Source: Daphnia carinata
Taxonomy: Eukaryota
DNA: 64,000 bases
NCBI RefSeq assembly: GCF_022539665.2
Contig: NC_081332.1
Location: 4,030,001-4,094,000, forward strand
Reading direction: 5' to 3'
Every line of letters starts with the position of its first letter. Position 1 is the first letter of the stretch. Under the pieces are notes generated by a model. That model did not search any database. It had not been told where the DNA came from and saw only the letters and a list, made by a program, of their open reading frames with translations. Below, in pieces: positions 39,490 to 64,000 of this stretch. The position numbers and the translations under genes were made by a program.

Positions 39490-42400
39490 ATGGCTTTAAT
39501 CAACAAACTTATTCCTAGACAATTTCGGAATAGTTCGTCCTTGAACAGTAAATCCGACACATGTTTGTTGACTAAGAAACAGGGTGGAAAGCCGCGCGGC
39601 GTTCTCTTGGAGGCAGTAAAAAATCAGAGAAATTCCGAGAAAATCTGCACAAATGGAGACAGTATTGGGTAAGTGGCTTTCTCATATAACTCAAGAGTCA
39701 TGTATGGTAATCAGATTATCACTGCATTCTCTGTATATCTTTAGCTGATTTTGTATCATGATCATTTTTTTTTTTTTTTACCAAGAAGGTGTCTATTGAA
39801 CATGATCTCTTTTCCGACAATCTAGACTGGCTTCTATTTCAAATACTGTGCATGCTGCATGAAGCCAAATTGCACTGACACATGCTGAGAGGAATTTTCC
39901 CAGTGGGCACTCAGCAATCTAAAAAGTATCAGAATCTGTAGATAGTCCGAGCTGTTTTCATCAGCCCCAAATCAAGCACATTTTGCTTCATTGTGCCAAG
40001 ATACATGCTTATGTAAGCTTTGCAATTCTCAGTATTTGTTGGGGTGAGGACAATCATGTGCTTTCAATAGTTGGCAATCACATCTGTTTCTTGCTGCATC
40101 AAACAAGAGACAAACAATTTGTTGATTTTAAACCGGCGCCAAAATTTCAAACTTGCGTCCACCTCATCTATAAATAGTTTTGTGTCCCGCATTTCTAAAG
40201 TCATGTGTTCCGCCCTAGATATTTCTTACGTAGTACGTAGTCACGCGGAATTCCCACTCCCTTGCCGTGACTGCTGAATAGACCCATGCCAACGTTTTAT
40301 AATAGTAGCGTAGCGAAAACAACAAACTCGATGGGGAGGAAGGCTGACGCACATCACGTAGCAAACTGTTTTTTTCTCTCTAGCATAATTTTGTCTGGAA
40401 AATGTCAAAGGGAATTCAAACGTATTTTTTCCTTGCATAATGTTTTTTGCTAATTTTTAAAATTCCATGTTATTTATTCTGAAAACACAAAATGCAGCTC
40501 TAATCAACCGCAAACTTCCGCTCGTGTTCGATTGTTGCTCTTCCGTGAGTGCGAAGTCCGTGGCCGGCGACTGATCTTTGATTCAGGGGGCGGAGGTGGA
40601 CCGTGGCATCAGTTCAAGGATGAATTTCAAGAACTCCAACTAATGAAAGACATGGTTTTCGGTTCGGCAACTCTAAAATACTCAGGGTACTTTAAAAAAT
40701 AAAATTATACATTAGTGAATGCTATTATTATTAATGGCCATTTATTAACACAGGGATAATTTTCGTGTCCACGATTTCACGCCTGTATCATGGAAAGGTT
40801 TGATTGCGTCCAAGAATTTGTGATTACCATTAATTACGCAATGTATTGCGTTATTCTCGTCAGGTTATGAAATAATGCTCAGCAAGGTTTTCCTCATTCC
40901 ACCGTTAGCCCAGCAACCGTCGAGGATTGTAAATAGGTACATTCCGTGACATCAGTATTTTTCTGTTTAGTCTCTGACGTAATCCTCTTCATTGGCGTAA
41001 AAACTGTCGTAAATAGAAACAAAATGTCAGCCAACACTGTGAATGAAGCAGACAAATTGGCGAATGCCCCCAAAGATAGTGGCTACGTCGAGACATGGGC
41101 GGAAGGAGGCGGTAGCAACAACAGCGCGTGTTGGAGCAGTGGGATCAGCTTGGCAACGAGCGGAGGCTCTTCGCGAACGAGTTTTGCTTCAGGCTCTTTG
41201 GTCATCCCGCGCATCGCATCCGGTCGCAAAACAGTATCCGATTCGTTGCTAAATAATAGCAACCAGGGCTCATCGCATGACCACCAACCGCAAAATCGTA
41301 ACCACAAAACTCGGCTGGCCATGGCCCTCCTTTTTCCACCCACCGAAGAGCTTAAAGAAATGCAAGTTTACGTTTTTTTTAAAGTTTAATAACAATTACA
41401 ATAAAAAGTATTCTTTTTTTTTTTTTTTAATACTTGCAACAGTTCGACACGTGAAGTCGTCTTTGGTCCGAATGCCTCTCTCGTAGAGCATTTCGTCCAG
41501 CGTTTACAGCTGGGCGTTTTAAGAGCTTATGCTAGTCGCACAAACTTCCACAATTTTATTCAAGAGGCCATCAGTCAATTCGAGAAAGACATGGCTCGTT
41601 TAGTGAACGCTTGGAAATGCACAGCAATTCCTACCTGCTCCATGGCCCTGGATGCCGATTCATCTGCCATTTGCAATCGCCAGCAAATGGCCCAGCGCTT
41701 TATGACCAACTGGGAATCGATCGTCACCGAGACCGACACAAAATTGACTCGCTTGTGAGAATAACTGGGAGACCATAAACATAGCATGTTATAGCATCGC
41801 TTTTGATCACTCACATGGAATGTTCTATTTTTCGTTGGATGTCTCTAGTTTCTGGAGCTCGTTACTCTCGGCTTTGCTCACGTACCACGTCAATTGGCTG
41901 TATTCCTTTGTCACGGAGCCTGCAGAGTTTTTCGATTGCGGCACCCGCGTGCTCGTCTTGAGCAAGGACAGCAACCTGGCGCGAAGACTCCTCAACGTTC
42001 TGGGCTATTTTGTCAGAGTGAGCGCTCCGGCAGTCCATCAGCCGGGGGAGGTGACATTAGCCGATCATTCCCCTAGGCTGAATGGCAATAGCCCGAAATT
42101 ACCAGCAGAAGAGTGTTCCACCGAATGTCCGACGCAAATTTGCCATTCAAAAAGCATGTTCCAGCTGGGATATGCGGATGGTGCTTCCAACTCATCTCCG
42201 GACATGTTACGGATGAGGAGAAATGGTTCCAGTTCCCTGGAAAGACGTACAACCCTTGAACAATTGCCCCACCGCCGAAGTAGCCAGCAGCTGGAAAACA
42301 CTCGCTATCTCAGGAATTACTACGATGTGCGCTTCCAGCTCTCGCCGGACACTATCGCCAAGCGTGATCCCACCAAAGCTTTTGCCAATCTTATCTCCTC

Positions 42401-43423
42401 TATCGCCAAAAACGGGTTCCACGAGTTTTACACGGAAGAATTAGCCACAACGCCCGAGAACAACAAGCCTGTCTCGTGCGCTTTCTTTGTTGGCAGTATT
42501 CCGGATAAAACCAGTTCACATGAAGAATCTCCTTCCCTGACGGGCAATGAGCCAGGAGGAAACTCTACTGCCACCTCAGTGCGACCTGTTCAAGTACAAA
42601 TGCCGAGGTATTTCCTTTTCGTTCGAATTTTCTAGTTTGCCTGTCTGACAATTTCTATTTTGCCCTTGTCTCGTTTCATTCATTCAATTTTTTTACGTTT
42701 CGAATAGTGTGTCTGCCAAAATCCCAGTCAACGAACAAACACGTCCGCCATCGTGGAATTGGATGTACGGTACGGAATTGCAGGACGAGTATCAAGCTGG
42801 AAAAACGCTCCAGTCTTGTGATCCCAGCCAAAAGGATTGGCTGAGCAATTTGCAACTTGATCTGCGAGCTGCTTCAGCCCGCCGGAAAAGCGTCCACTGC
42901 ATCGTGGCCAACACGGACACCTGGTAGAAATGAAACATCCTGATGGTTATGCCTCAATTTTTTTATTTTTTTATTTCATTGTTCGTTTTGAAATAGGGAA
43001 GTTCAAGTGTTGACCTGCGTCGAAGAAGAAGTTATTCCTCCACGTACGAAACAATATTGGGTGCCCGTAACCATGTCTGGACAAGTGGCTGCACTGGTCG
43101 AATCCACCCAACTGCTTTGGTTAATGATGCGCGATGCAGAGCAGGTCTGAATTAAAAAAAAAAAAAATAAAGAATTTTTAAAGTTATGCACTCGTAAAAT
43201 TTTGTTTGTCCAGTGCCTGGATCATATTGAAAGCCGTTTGCGCTTCCTGTGCCAAAAGAGCGAAGACCTTGGTGCCTTGCTCTCGACGTCAATCCAATCG
43301 TGGAACATTGACCGTGTAAGTCGCCTTCTGGATATCGAAAATCAAGATCTTCCATTGTTGATGGCCGCATGTTCCGTACACAGCCCGGCTGTGAACTCCA
43401 TGGGTGGCGTGACGATATTGTGA
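39490..43423 (+). CDS. FNIP: Folliculin-interacting protein (~824 aa)
   Basis: Exons 39490-39668, 40498-40686, 40754-40797, 40864-40936, 41017-41361 (GC donor), 41443-41754, 41849-42607, 42708-42923, 42997-43144, 43214-43423; total 2475 nt. Family motifs: MALINKL, VRLLLFRECEVRGRRLIFDS, MVFGS, LLSALLTYHVNW, LARRLLNVLGYFVR, CIVANTDTWEVQV, CLDHIESRL...DLPLLMAACSVHSP. Confidence 0.92.
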
Positions 43424-44091
43424 TTGAGGACTGTTGTGTTTGTTGGCTAGTTGGTTTTTTCCCCCTTTTTTTTCATTTCTTTTTTTTTTTGATGAGTGTG
43501 TTTAATGTTACCCGCCTCTCAAAATTTTCCATTTTTCGTCGATTTATCAATTTGAGCTGATTTATTCTATTCTTTGAGTCGGTAACATTGAGCTTGTTTC
43601 GGTGTTTCATTTTCATTCTTGCCTTGGAATTTATCTGTGAGAAAGTTACTGATCATGAAGTGTGCGCGCGTCCGTGTAGCAACAAAATATAAATCAAAGT
43701 TTATTTTCCCAAAGTGTCTAGTTCTAAAATGTTTAGGAACTGGAATAGAAAATGAGGCAGTTTAAGCGGCTGGAACGTTGAAATGTGTCAATTCCAGTGA
43801 TGGATGTCCCAAATTAAATAGATTTTTCGGTTGACTTACCCTCCGGTTTCCTTGTCCATTTATGTTTGCCTTGTTTGTTTTTTCGTGAATCTTGATTTAT
43901 CGTTGCAGGGATCAAGTATTCTTTTTTTTTTTATGTCTGCGTGTATGTGTGTGGTCTATTGATCGTGTAAGGCAAAGCACAAAGATATAGAAGAAGGGAA
44001 AATGTGAGCTTATGAAGGAATAGGGTATTGCGGGTCGATCGTGTATCGCCTTAAATATTACATAAAAGCATGTAGTTCCTAATCGTGACCA

Positions 44092-44140
44092 TAGGTGGCG
44101 TTGGCAATGGGCTGATCTCTTTATTTGCCATCAGTCGTCA
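44092..44140 (+). promoter_or_regulatory. Likely core promoter/TSS of calcineurin A
   Basis: Inr TCAGTC at 44131-44136 preceded by a TAGGTGGCG motif, 240 nt upstream of ATG 44371. Confidence 0.45.
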
Positions 44141-44370
44141 GCCCGCCCTCCTGCTCGGAACCCCTTAACGTCCAGGCCGATCTCAGTTGCAGTTCAGAAC
44201 GAAGGGACTTCGGGAACGCCTGTCCCGTGCTGTGTTGAAATAAACGACGAGTATACGGACGTTCGTTTTGTTGTACATTTTCCCCTTTCATTTTCATCCG
44301 GTGAAATCGTGATTTTGTTGGACCATCGGGTGGATGTAGTAGGTGTATCGAATTCCCCGGATTACCTGCA

Positions 44371-56191
<11,821 letters not shown>

Positions 56192-58880
56192 GCCAGTCGG
56201 CAGTGATTTTGTTGATGATGTTGGTTTTTTTTCTTTTCTTTTTTTTTTTTACCTCCCCTTTTTCTTTCTTTATTTTTTGTCGATTGTAATTCCCGACGCC
56301 ACCGCAAGTTCAGCCTGGACGCGACCCGGTATATTTTCAAAAATATTTTTAACGTCTATTCCTCTCCGTATAATTGATTTATTCGTCTCGATTGAAACAA
56401 TGAAAAGTAGGTCGGTCCCGTCCCGTCTCGTTTTGTTTGTTTGTTTTTTTCGACGGAAGATTGGAGACAAAAATTGCAGATGGAGACACTAGGGAAACGG
56501 AACATGATGACATCACGCGTGTGGAAGAACGTGAATTTTTTGCTACCGCTGTTCAGTTTCCTCACTCCCTTTTCTATTTTGCAATCTTCTTTCATCCACT
56601 TTTTTTTTTTTTCGTCCGTGTGTGTGTTGTCCCTCCGGTTTCTCTTTAGCCAACATCACACTTATCTCTCTCTCTCTCTCTCTCTCTCTCCTCGTCCCGA
56701 AAAAGAAAGAAAAAAAAAAGCAAAACAAACAAAAAAAGAAATACTATTGTGTGTGAGTGCGTGTGCGTGTGAGCATTACGATTTCTTCATATATATTCCT
56801 TCCTCTCCCAAATTCTCCTCTCATCCAATCACTACGCTCTTATTATTATTTTTTAAATTAAATAATTATCCCGAGTCCCTATTTCTCCTTGTCTGTTGAT
56901 CATATTTCATCGCTTTATTATTTGTTTTGTTTGTTTTTTTTTCCTCCCTCCCTCCCTTCCAATCTTTAATTGTCCCACTACTATATTATTATTTTGTGTG
57001 TTCGTGGGTGTCTTTGGGGTGGGACTTGCGCGCGTTTTTCGAAATATTTTTCATAGTTTTTTTTTTTTTTTTTTTTTTTTTGGTTTTGATTTATTTTTTG
57101 TTTAAAATTTTTTGTTTCGCGATAATGATGAATGCTTTTTTTTCCCCGCCATCTTCCCCACAATTTTTGCCTCTCGTCGGCTCTCTCTCTCTCTTAATTT
57201 TGCTCCCACGAAACTGGAAAAAAAAAAAGAAAAGTCACTTGATTATTATTACAATTAAAATCCATGACAAAGCAAAATAATACCCATTTGTTTTGTAAAA
57301 AAAAAAAAAAAAGAAAGAAAGAAACAAAACGCTTTTTTTTTTGTGATTTATGGATATCTGGGTTTTGTACGAATTGCTGATGGGGAAGAGGCAAATTGCG
57401 GTGGAATCGTCACAAAAAAATGCGTCACGTTCTTTTTTCGGTGGAGGAAAGAAAGACCGGAAGAAATAAAACGGCCCAGTCGATTTGTTGCTGGACAACT
57501 AGTCACTGCATAATGCCACCCAATGGGGAAAGGAGTAGAGAGAAAAGACTTTTAAATAATCGGGAAATTTATGTTTTTTATTAATTGGTCTTTTTTTCGA
57601 TTCACACCTAACAAAAAAAAAAAAAATGTTGTGTTTTATTATTTTATATTTTTAAACAATTTAATTTTTTTTTGTTAATCGTTTAAATTCGGGAAAATGG
57701 GCTTTTGTGTGTTTATCTTCTTGCTTTTCGACTCCCACCCAATCCAAACGTTTTTCTATCGTTTAAAATTACTACCACCATTTTTTTTTATTATATTTTA
57801 TTTATTTTTTTTTTTTTTTTTTAGCTGTTGTCTTAGATGCATTATTTTTCCAGCTTTAGTTTAACATAGTTTATAAATGTGTGTGTTATTATTTTTTTTT
57901 TTTATGGCTAAAGGCCCAGGGAACCTTTTTTTTTTTTTGTGTGTGTGCGTGTCGTTTTGAAACGACTCTTTTCCTTCGAGTCTCGTTTGGGTACATTATT
58001 TCTTTTTTAAGTATTATTGTCTAACCTTTTGCCGAGCCCTTTTTTGCCTTTATAATGCGTGTATTTTTATTGTAATATATAATATTAGGAATTATTATTC
58101 ATTACATCGCCCCCCCCCCCTCCACACACACGGAGAAATCGCAAGGCAAGAAAGAACTGGGGACAAAAAAAAAAAAGAACACGTGTACTCGTATCAAAAG
58201 AATTTAAATTCTTTGATCAAATGTTTGTAACCCCTTGCTAGAAAAAAAAATGATTTACTTTGAACTTTGACACCGTATTATCTCCCTCTCTCTCTCTCTC
58301 GAAAATCTTAATTTTTGCCATAAAATTGAGGTGGAATCAAACCAGTGTTTTATATATTTACATTTATTCATTTTTCATTGAAGAAAAAAAGAAGAAATTT
58401 TAATCCCAGTCCATTAATGAAGAAAAAAAAAGAAAGATTAGCAGGAAATTAAAGAGAGCCGTCGGGATGATATTTTGTTTGTCTCCTTCTCCTCCCAACC
58501 ACTACCGCCACTACCCAGATTGTGTCGAATTTTTTGACCTTTTTATTCTATATATTTCACTTGAGCCATTCTTATTTTACTTTGGTCCTTTTTGTAAAAT
58601 TTTTCTCTGATACATATTTAAGGAAAAAACCACAAAAAAAAACACATCTTTTTATTCAATGACAAGACGTGAGTAAATCGTGAATATTTTTTATTTTATT
58701 TTGTGATTGTGCAAGCTCTTTTATTTAACATTTTATTGATATAATGATAACTTTATCTCTCTTTTTTCGCCCAGTCCTTACCTGTTGAATGCGTTGACGT
58801 GTATTTGAATTTTTTAAAACATTTTTTTTTTTCAAGAAATCCCATTACATGAATTCCCCCATTTAAAAAAAAAAGTAAGT

Positions 58881-58905
58881 TCTCTCTCTCTCTCTCTCTC
58901 TCTCT
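58881..58905. repeat. (TC)n microsatellite
   Basis: About 12 TC units in the low-complexity region downstream of calcineurin, probably a long 3' UTR. Confidence 0.85.
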
Positions 58906-60063
58906 TTCTTCATTGTGGAAAAAGAAAAATTTTTACCTAAAATTTTCTCATCATGTTGTGTATGAAAAAAAAACAACAAAATGTCGCGTCTGATTTCTCC
59001 CTATCTATTCTATTCTCCGGTATACAACACAAGAAAAACTTAAAAAAAAAAAAAAATATTACGTTATTTGATAGTTTCATTTAAATAGCCAGGGAGTGGG
59101 TTTAAATTTTTAAAGGAACCTTTTTCCGACCCTTTCCTCTATGACGGACACACGTCTCAAGTTTTATCTCATTTTATAGTTGGTTGTTTACCAGTTGCCT
59201 ATCTCGTCTTCAACGTGGACACACATCGGGGAAGTTGTTCGAAAGGCAAAACAAAAATTTTTTATACTCAACTTTGATTTATTTAAACTATTAGGTTGTG
59301 GGATTCTTAATGTCATGTCATTTCGCTTCTTGGCTGACGACGTGAACATGTAGATTTGCTGATTGCCTTCTTCTTTCTAATACCAATTTGCTCTGCTCTT
59401 ATCTTACGTCATTGACGTTTTCGGTTATCGAGCAACTCTGGTTTTGTAGGTCTAGTAAAAAAACAAAAAAACAGCCGAGCCAAAAGGGACCGCGTCATCC
59501 CAAATGTCTGATAATAATAACTCAACCTACGATAAGAAATGCAGTAGGTAGCTCACTCGATTGCGACTAATCCTACTTAACAATTAAACTAGTTTGTAGC
59601 ATCATTGATCAACAAATCGATCCTCCTTTCTTTGCGTACCATCATCATTCCTTAGTTTGATTTATCCTGTCTCCCGATTGAAAAAAAAAAAAAAACTTAT
59701 AGCAAAATAACAAAAATTTTCAACAACGTATTGCATTTCACGCCAAATTTTTCCTGTGCATCTTTGTGTTGTATCGTGTTATCAGAGGCCATTACAGTTT
59801 ACAGAATCCTTTCTGTTGGGTTGCCTCTCTGTTTGCATGTTAGCATTAAGTTATCGCTCTCTGACACGTGGACGCTTGATGGAAACCAAAACATCCAAAG
59901 TTTGTCAATATCTTTATCGGGATTCGATAGTGAACTGAAGGTCATGGTTTGATCTGAACAGAAATCTTCAAACTGAGCTTGGATGCCAAGTCTGACGCAC
60001 TAAGCTTTAAAAAAAAAACGGTTTAAAATAATCCATATTTGATCTAGTGTTTTTACCTTCAGC

Positions 60064-62433
60064 ATGGATGTAACGAGCGGAGGAGAATCGTCCGTTTGGA
60101 TTAGCAGCTTTTCCATCTACACCGTGACTACAATTTTGGCTACGCTCGTAGTCCTGGCTGTCGTGAAACGCTACAATTTCATGCAGCGATGCAATAAAGT
60201 GCTCGGGTATTAATCAAATATGATTTTTTCCCCCTAATTTTGTAAGAGTTAAGGTAAACTTCCTTTGCAGATCGCCAACGGAAATTCCATTGTTTGGTGG
60301 TGGCTCCATGATCTTTGTCCCACCAGAGGGTAAAACAATAATTTTTTTAATCGATACTTAACAAATATAAAATATGATTCAATCATTTAGAAATTATGAA
60401 CCTTCTTCTGCTGTTACACGTTGTCTTTGGTCGGATATCCCCTAGCGGAATCATCCGCGCTTGGATCGGTCCGTTGCCAATGTTTTTCGCAACCACAGCG
60501 GAGGCAGTTGAGGTACGTAAATCCTAAAAAACAAAGGACAGGTTAAATAGTCTACCTTTGCGTGTTTGTTCTAGGCGGTACTCAGCAGTAATAAAATCAT
60601 TACAAAGAGCCGAGAGTACGACTTTCTTCATCCTTGGTTAAACACCGGCCTTTTGACGAGCACAGGTTTGTTTTATGGCTGGTCATCGTCGTTTGGAGTT
60701 ACCTTAAATTCTTGTGGTAGGTAGCAAGTGGCAAACCCGCCGTAAATTGCTGACACCGGCGTTCCATTTTAAAATCCTCGAGGACTTTGTTCACGTTTTC
60801 AACGAGCAAAGTCGCATTCTGGTCAACAAGTTGAACCAAGCAGTGGCCAAAGACAGGGATCTTAACATTTTTCCATTCGTGACGCTCTGCACACTCGACA
60901 TTATTTGCGGTGAGTGTTGGCAGTATTTGCATAACGGGATGGTTTCTTTAAATTAAAATTCGTATTTGAAGAAACGGCTATGGGAAGAAATGTTGAAGCT
61001 CAGAGTAAAAAAGATTCAGCTTATGTTCAAGCCGTTTACAAGTAAGTTCTTTTTTTAATTTTATTTACCTGTATGGTTTTTTTTAATGTTTTCGGTTGAA
61101 GCATGAGTCAGCTTATTCAACATCGTCAAGTCCGATTCTATCTTTGGGCGGATTGGATGTTTAAACTGAGCTCATTTTGGCCAGAGCAACGCAAAGCTTT
61201 GGATATTCTGCATGGATTTACCAACAAGGTTAAATGTAAATTCAATTGTTATAGGAAAACATACCTAAAGTTATTTTTAAACTGTTGAACAGGTGATTCA
61301 AGAGCGGAAAGCCGAGCACCGAAAGCAAAGCTCTGACATTGTTGAACCTTCCAAAGATGTAACAGAGGATGCCGTCTTTTCTAGTAAGAAGATCGTTACG
61401 TAATGCTACGAATGTGATTATCTTTAAAGCTTACTTTTATTCCTTAAAGAGCGACGTCGGCTAGCATTTTTGGATCTATTGATTGAAGCTTCTCAAGGAG
61501 GCACCGTACTAAGTGATTCTGACATTCGCGAAGAGGTGGACACCTTCATGTTTGAGGTAATCTATAGTACTGTATTCATTTGCATAGCTACCTGCATTTG
61601 TGTACCACTTAAATTTCTTTATGGCTGCCGTTCGTTTCGTGTCTTACAGGGTCATGACACGACTTCTGCAGCCATCAGTTGGTCTATTTTCTTGATTGGA
61701 TGTCACCCAGAAGTGCAGGTAAATTCCTAAACTTTTTAATAAATAGAAGTGAGATCCAGTAATCGTAAAACGTTAATTTACTAAGGAAACGGTGAACGAA
61801 GAATTGGATCGAGTTTTCGGTGATTCTGACCGGCCCGCTACAATGGCCGATTTGAATGAATTGAAGTACCTAGAATGCTGCATCAAGGAAGCTCTTCGAC
61901 TGTATCCAAGCGTTCCAATTATTAGTCGCACCTGCGTTGAAGATACCGTGATAGGTTTTTAAGTGATCTTAAATAATATAAAATTCGTGGTAAATGAAAT
62001 TCGATTTACGTAGGAGGTGATGAGATTCCGGCGGGGACATCAGTTTCCATCTGCTCGTATTACCTTCACCGTGATCCAAAATATTTTCCCGATCCGGAAC
62101 TTTATCAGCCAAAACGTTTTCTAGCTGAGCATGCAGAAAGGCGCCATCCGTATTCTTACGTGCCTTTCAGTGCTGGACCACGTAATTGTATTGGTAATTG
62201 AATACTATATGATAATGAAATGTCAAAGGATTTATGTATAACCAGATGATTTCTTTTTACTTTCAGGTCAACGCTTTGCATTAATGGAAGAGAAAGCCGT
62301 GCTGTCGGCCATCTTGAGAAACTTCCATGTCCAATCACTGGATAAAAGAGAAGAAATAGTTTTATTGGCAGAATTGATTCTACGCCCTCGTGATGGTATC
62401 AGAGTTCGTCTCGAACCAAAAAAGAAGCAATAA
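60064..62433 (+). CDS. CYP4: Cytochrome P450 family 4 (CYP4C/4V-like), complete, ~527 aa
   Basis: Exons 60064-60206, 60271-60329, 60391-60512, 60575-60665, 60721-60909, 60972-61041, 61102-61228, 61293-61383, 61450-61556, 61650-61718, 61786-61954, 62014-62193, 62267-62433; total 1584 nt. CYP4 signature [25 protein letters not shown], heme motif [11 protein letters not shown]. Confidence 0.96.
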
Positions 62434-63111
62434 TCGATTACGACAAAGTTTTAAAAAATAATGAAAACATTAGGGGCGATATTCTTTCAAGATAAAATCG
62501 TTTTAATTATGTTAAACTGTGCAGCTACTAGAAAACATGTCGGAATTCAAGAATAAAGTGCAAAGACATACTTGATTTTACAGTTTGAGCAAATTTCCTT
62601 GTGCAACAGTGCCGATTGTTCATAAATAAAATTTATTTTTCAAAATCAATATCGAAATTTTAAAACTTTAAACAATTGCTGTTAGATGTCGCATCGTTGC
62701 ATTATTTACATATTTTTTACTTATTCAAGGTTTTTCTGGGCGGGAAGGTGCAGAGGAAGGGTTTACCAAGTGTTTCCTCGGCAGATATATGGCAGGCGCG
62801 AAACCAGTTGTAAACTAGAATCTCATAAGTCATTATCACTTGCTTATTTTTATTGTGGTGCACAAGTGAAAGGGTGTGCAATCGTCATGGCTTTTAAGCT
62901 TCTTTCACCACCATGCACTCGTTTGTCATAAAAGTTGCAATCGGCAAGTTGCCAGTCCCGGTGTTTTTGTCCCAGGGACTTTTTGTTACGTAAGTCTCGA
63001 TTAAAAGTTATGATCCACTGAACATTTTGGTCTTTTTATATTGGGACCAACATATTTTCATTTTTAGAGTTCAGTTTTGTCTTTGCATTCAACTTTGTGG
63101 TGCAATTCAAG

Positions 63112-63966
63112 ATGAAAATGTTTTGGATGCAACTAAGACAGTTGATGTGGAAAAACTTATTGATTAGATCCAGATCTAAGGTATATATGAGATTTTTATA
63201 TTAGCCCTCTTTACGTTTGTAAATGACCAAGTACACATGAAATTTTAGCTCAGAGTTATCACCGAACTTGTCTGGCCTATTATTCTGTTTGTCATATTAG
63301 CCCTTGTTAGGTAAATAATCTTTGAAGGATCTGTATTATCCGGTTTCTTTGTTATTAATGATCTGTTTGATATTTCCCTCACTTCAGGACCAAAGGTTTA
63401 AAGGACTACAAAAATGAATGTAATTTATTAAAGTTCCGTGATTTTTCTTCTTTGCTTTGTGAAAAAAATCCAATTTCTTGCATGCTTTCTTTTTCTCTTC
63501 AAGGTTTTCTTGAAGAGAAAGCTTTACCATCTGCTGGATCTTTGCAATTCCTACAAAGTTTAATTTGTACTTTCGACAATAATTGCCACAATGTTCCGCC
63601 ATCGACTGCTCGTTTTAGTGAAGAATTTAATTTCCAAACGTAAGTTGATACAATTTAAAGTTTATTTTTCGAATTTCCACATCGTTTTATTTTTGTCGTA
63701 GCATTAGAAATCTTGTTCGCGACTTGACAGACGTTTCCAAAAGGAGGATTACTGATGAGGAAGTAGTCAAAGGGTCTGGAGTTGCAATTGACGTCGCCGC
63801 TGCTGTAGCCTTCGCTTTCAAGTTATTGGCTGGTGGGTCTACACCTAAAGTATATTTCCCTCTAAAAAACATCGTCAACTGGGATGCTTTTCAGCGACTC
63901 GTAAGCTTAAAAAATGCAACATCAACATCGGCATTAAATGAGTTGATGGTGCACGTTCCATCGGTG
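63112..63966 (+). CDS. ABCA: ABC transporter subfamily A (ABCA1/ABCA4-like), 5' part; continues beyond the right edge
   Basis: Exons 63112-63180, 63249-63310, 63388-63419, 63504-63639, 63702-63966. MFWMQLRQLMWKNLLIRSR...ELVWPIILFVILALVR...CFLEEKALPSAGSLQFLQSLICTFDNNC matches the ABCA1-type N-terminus (QLRLLLWKN...EVAWP...CHFPNKAMPSAG...IICNANNPC). Probable 5' UTR intron 62990-63067. Confidence 0.9.
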
Positions 63967-64000
63967 GTAAGAGCAAAAAAATGCTTATCCTTCTACTTAA

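Noticed and set aside
56192..57600. Hydrophobic ORFs and possible stop readthrough after calcineurin
   Set aside because: T-rich 3' UTR sequence. The stop context TGA-G is not a readthrough motif, and another TGA follows four codons later.

Overview
Eukaryotic, AT-rich genomic DNA with many ~60-100 nt GT-AG introns, homopolymer runs and microsatellites. This is typical of a small crustacean genome (Daphnia-like; the species is an inference). Manual splicing gives eight protein-coding genes: (1) the 5' half of a CYP4 P450 (minus strand, runs off the left edge); (2) a ~1001-aa receptor tyrosine kinase with a Cys-free mucin-like ectodomain and an arthropod Tie/Cad96Ca-type kinase; (3) a CYP3-clan P450 with an extended double-hydrophobic N-terminus; (4) a Dok-7-like PH-PTB adaptor, head-to-head with (5) a compact FNIP that needs a GC-AG intron; (6) the calcineurin A catalytic subunit; (7) a complete second CYP4; (8) the 5' end of an ABCA transporter. 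The most interesting signals are in calcineurin A. First, a cluster of candidate microexons (19, 17 [8+9] and 21 nt) lies between the CnB-binding and calmodulin-binding regions. The 19 and 17 nt exons keep frame only together, and the 19 nt exon alone would delete the CaM-binding and autoinhibitory domains without a premature stop. Second, a candidate alternative first coding exon has its donor site inside a perfect hairpin. All gene models were spliced by eye with no transcript data.
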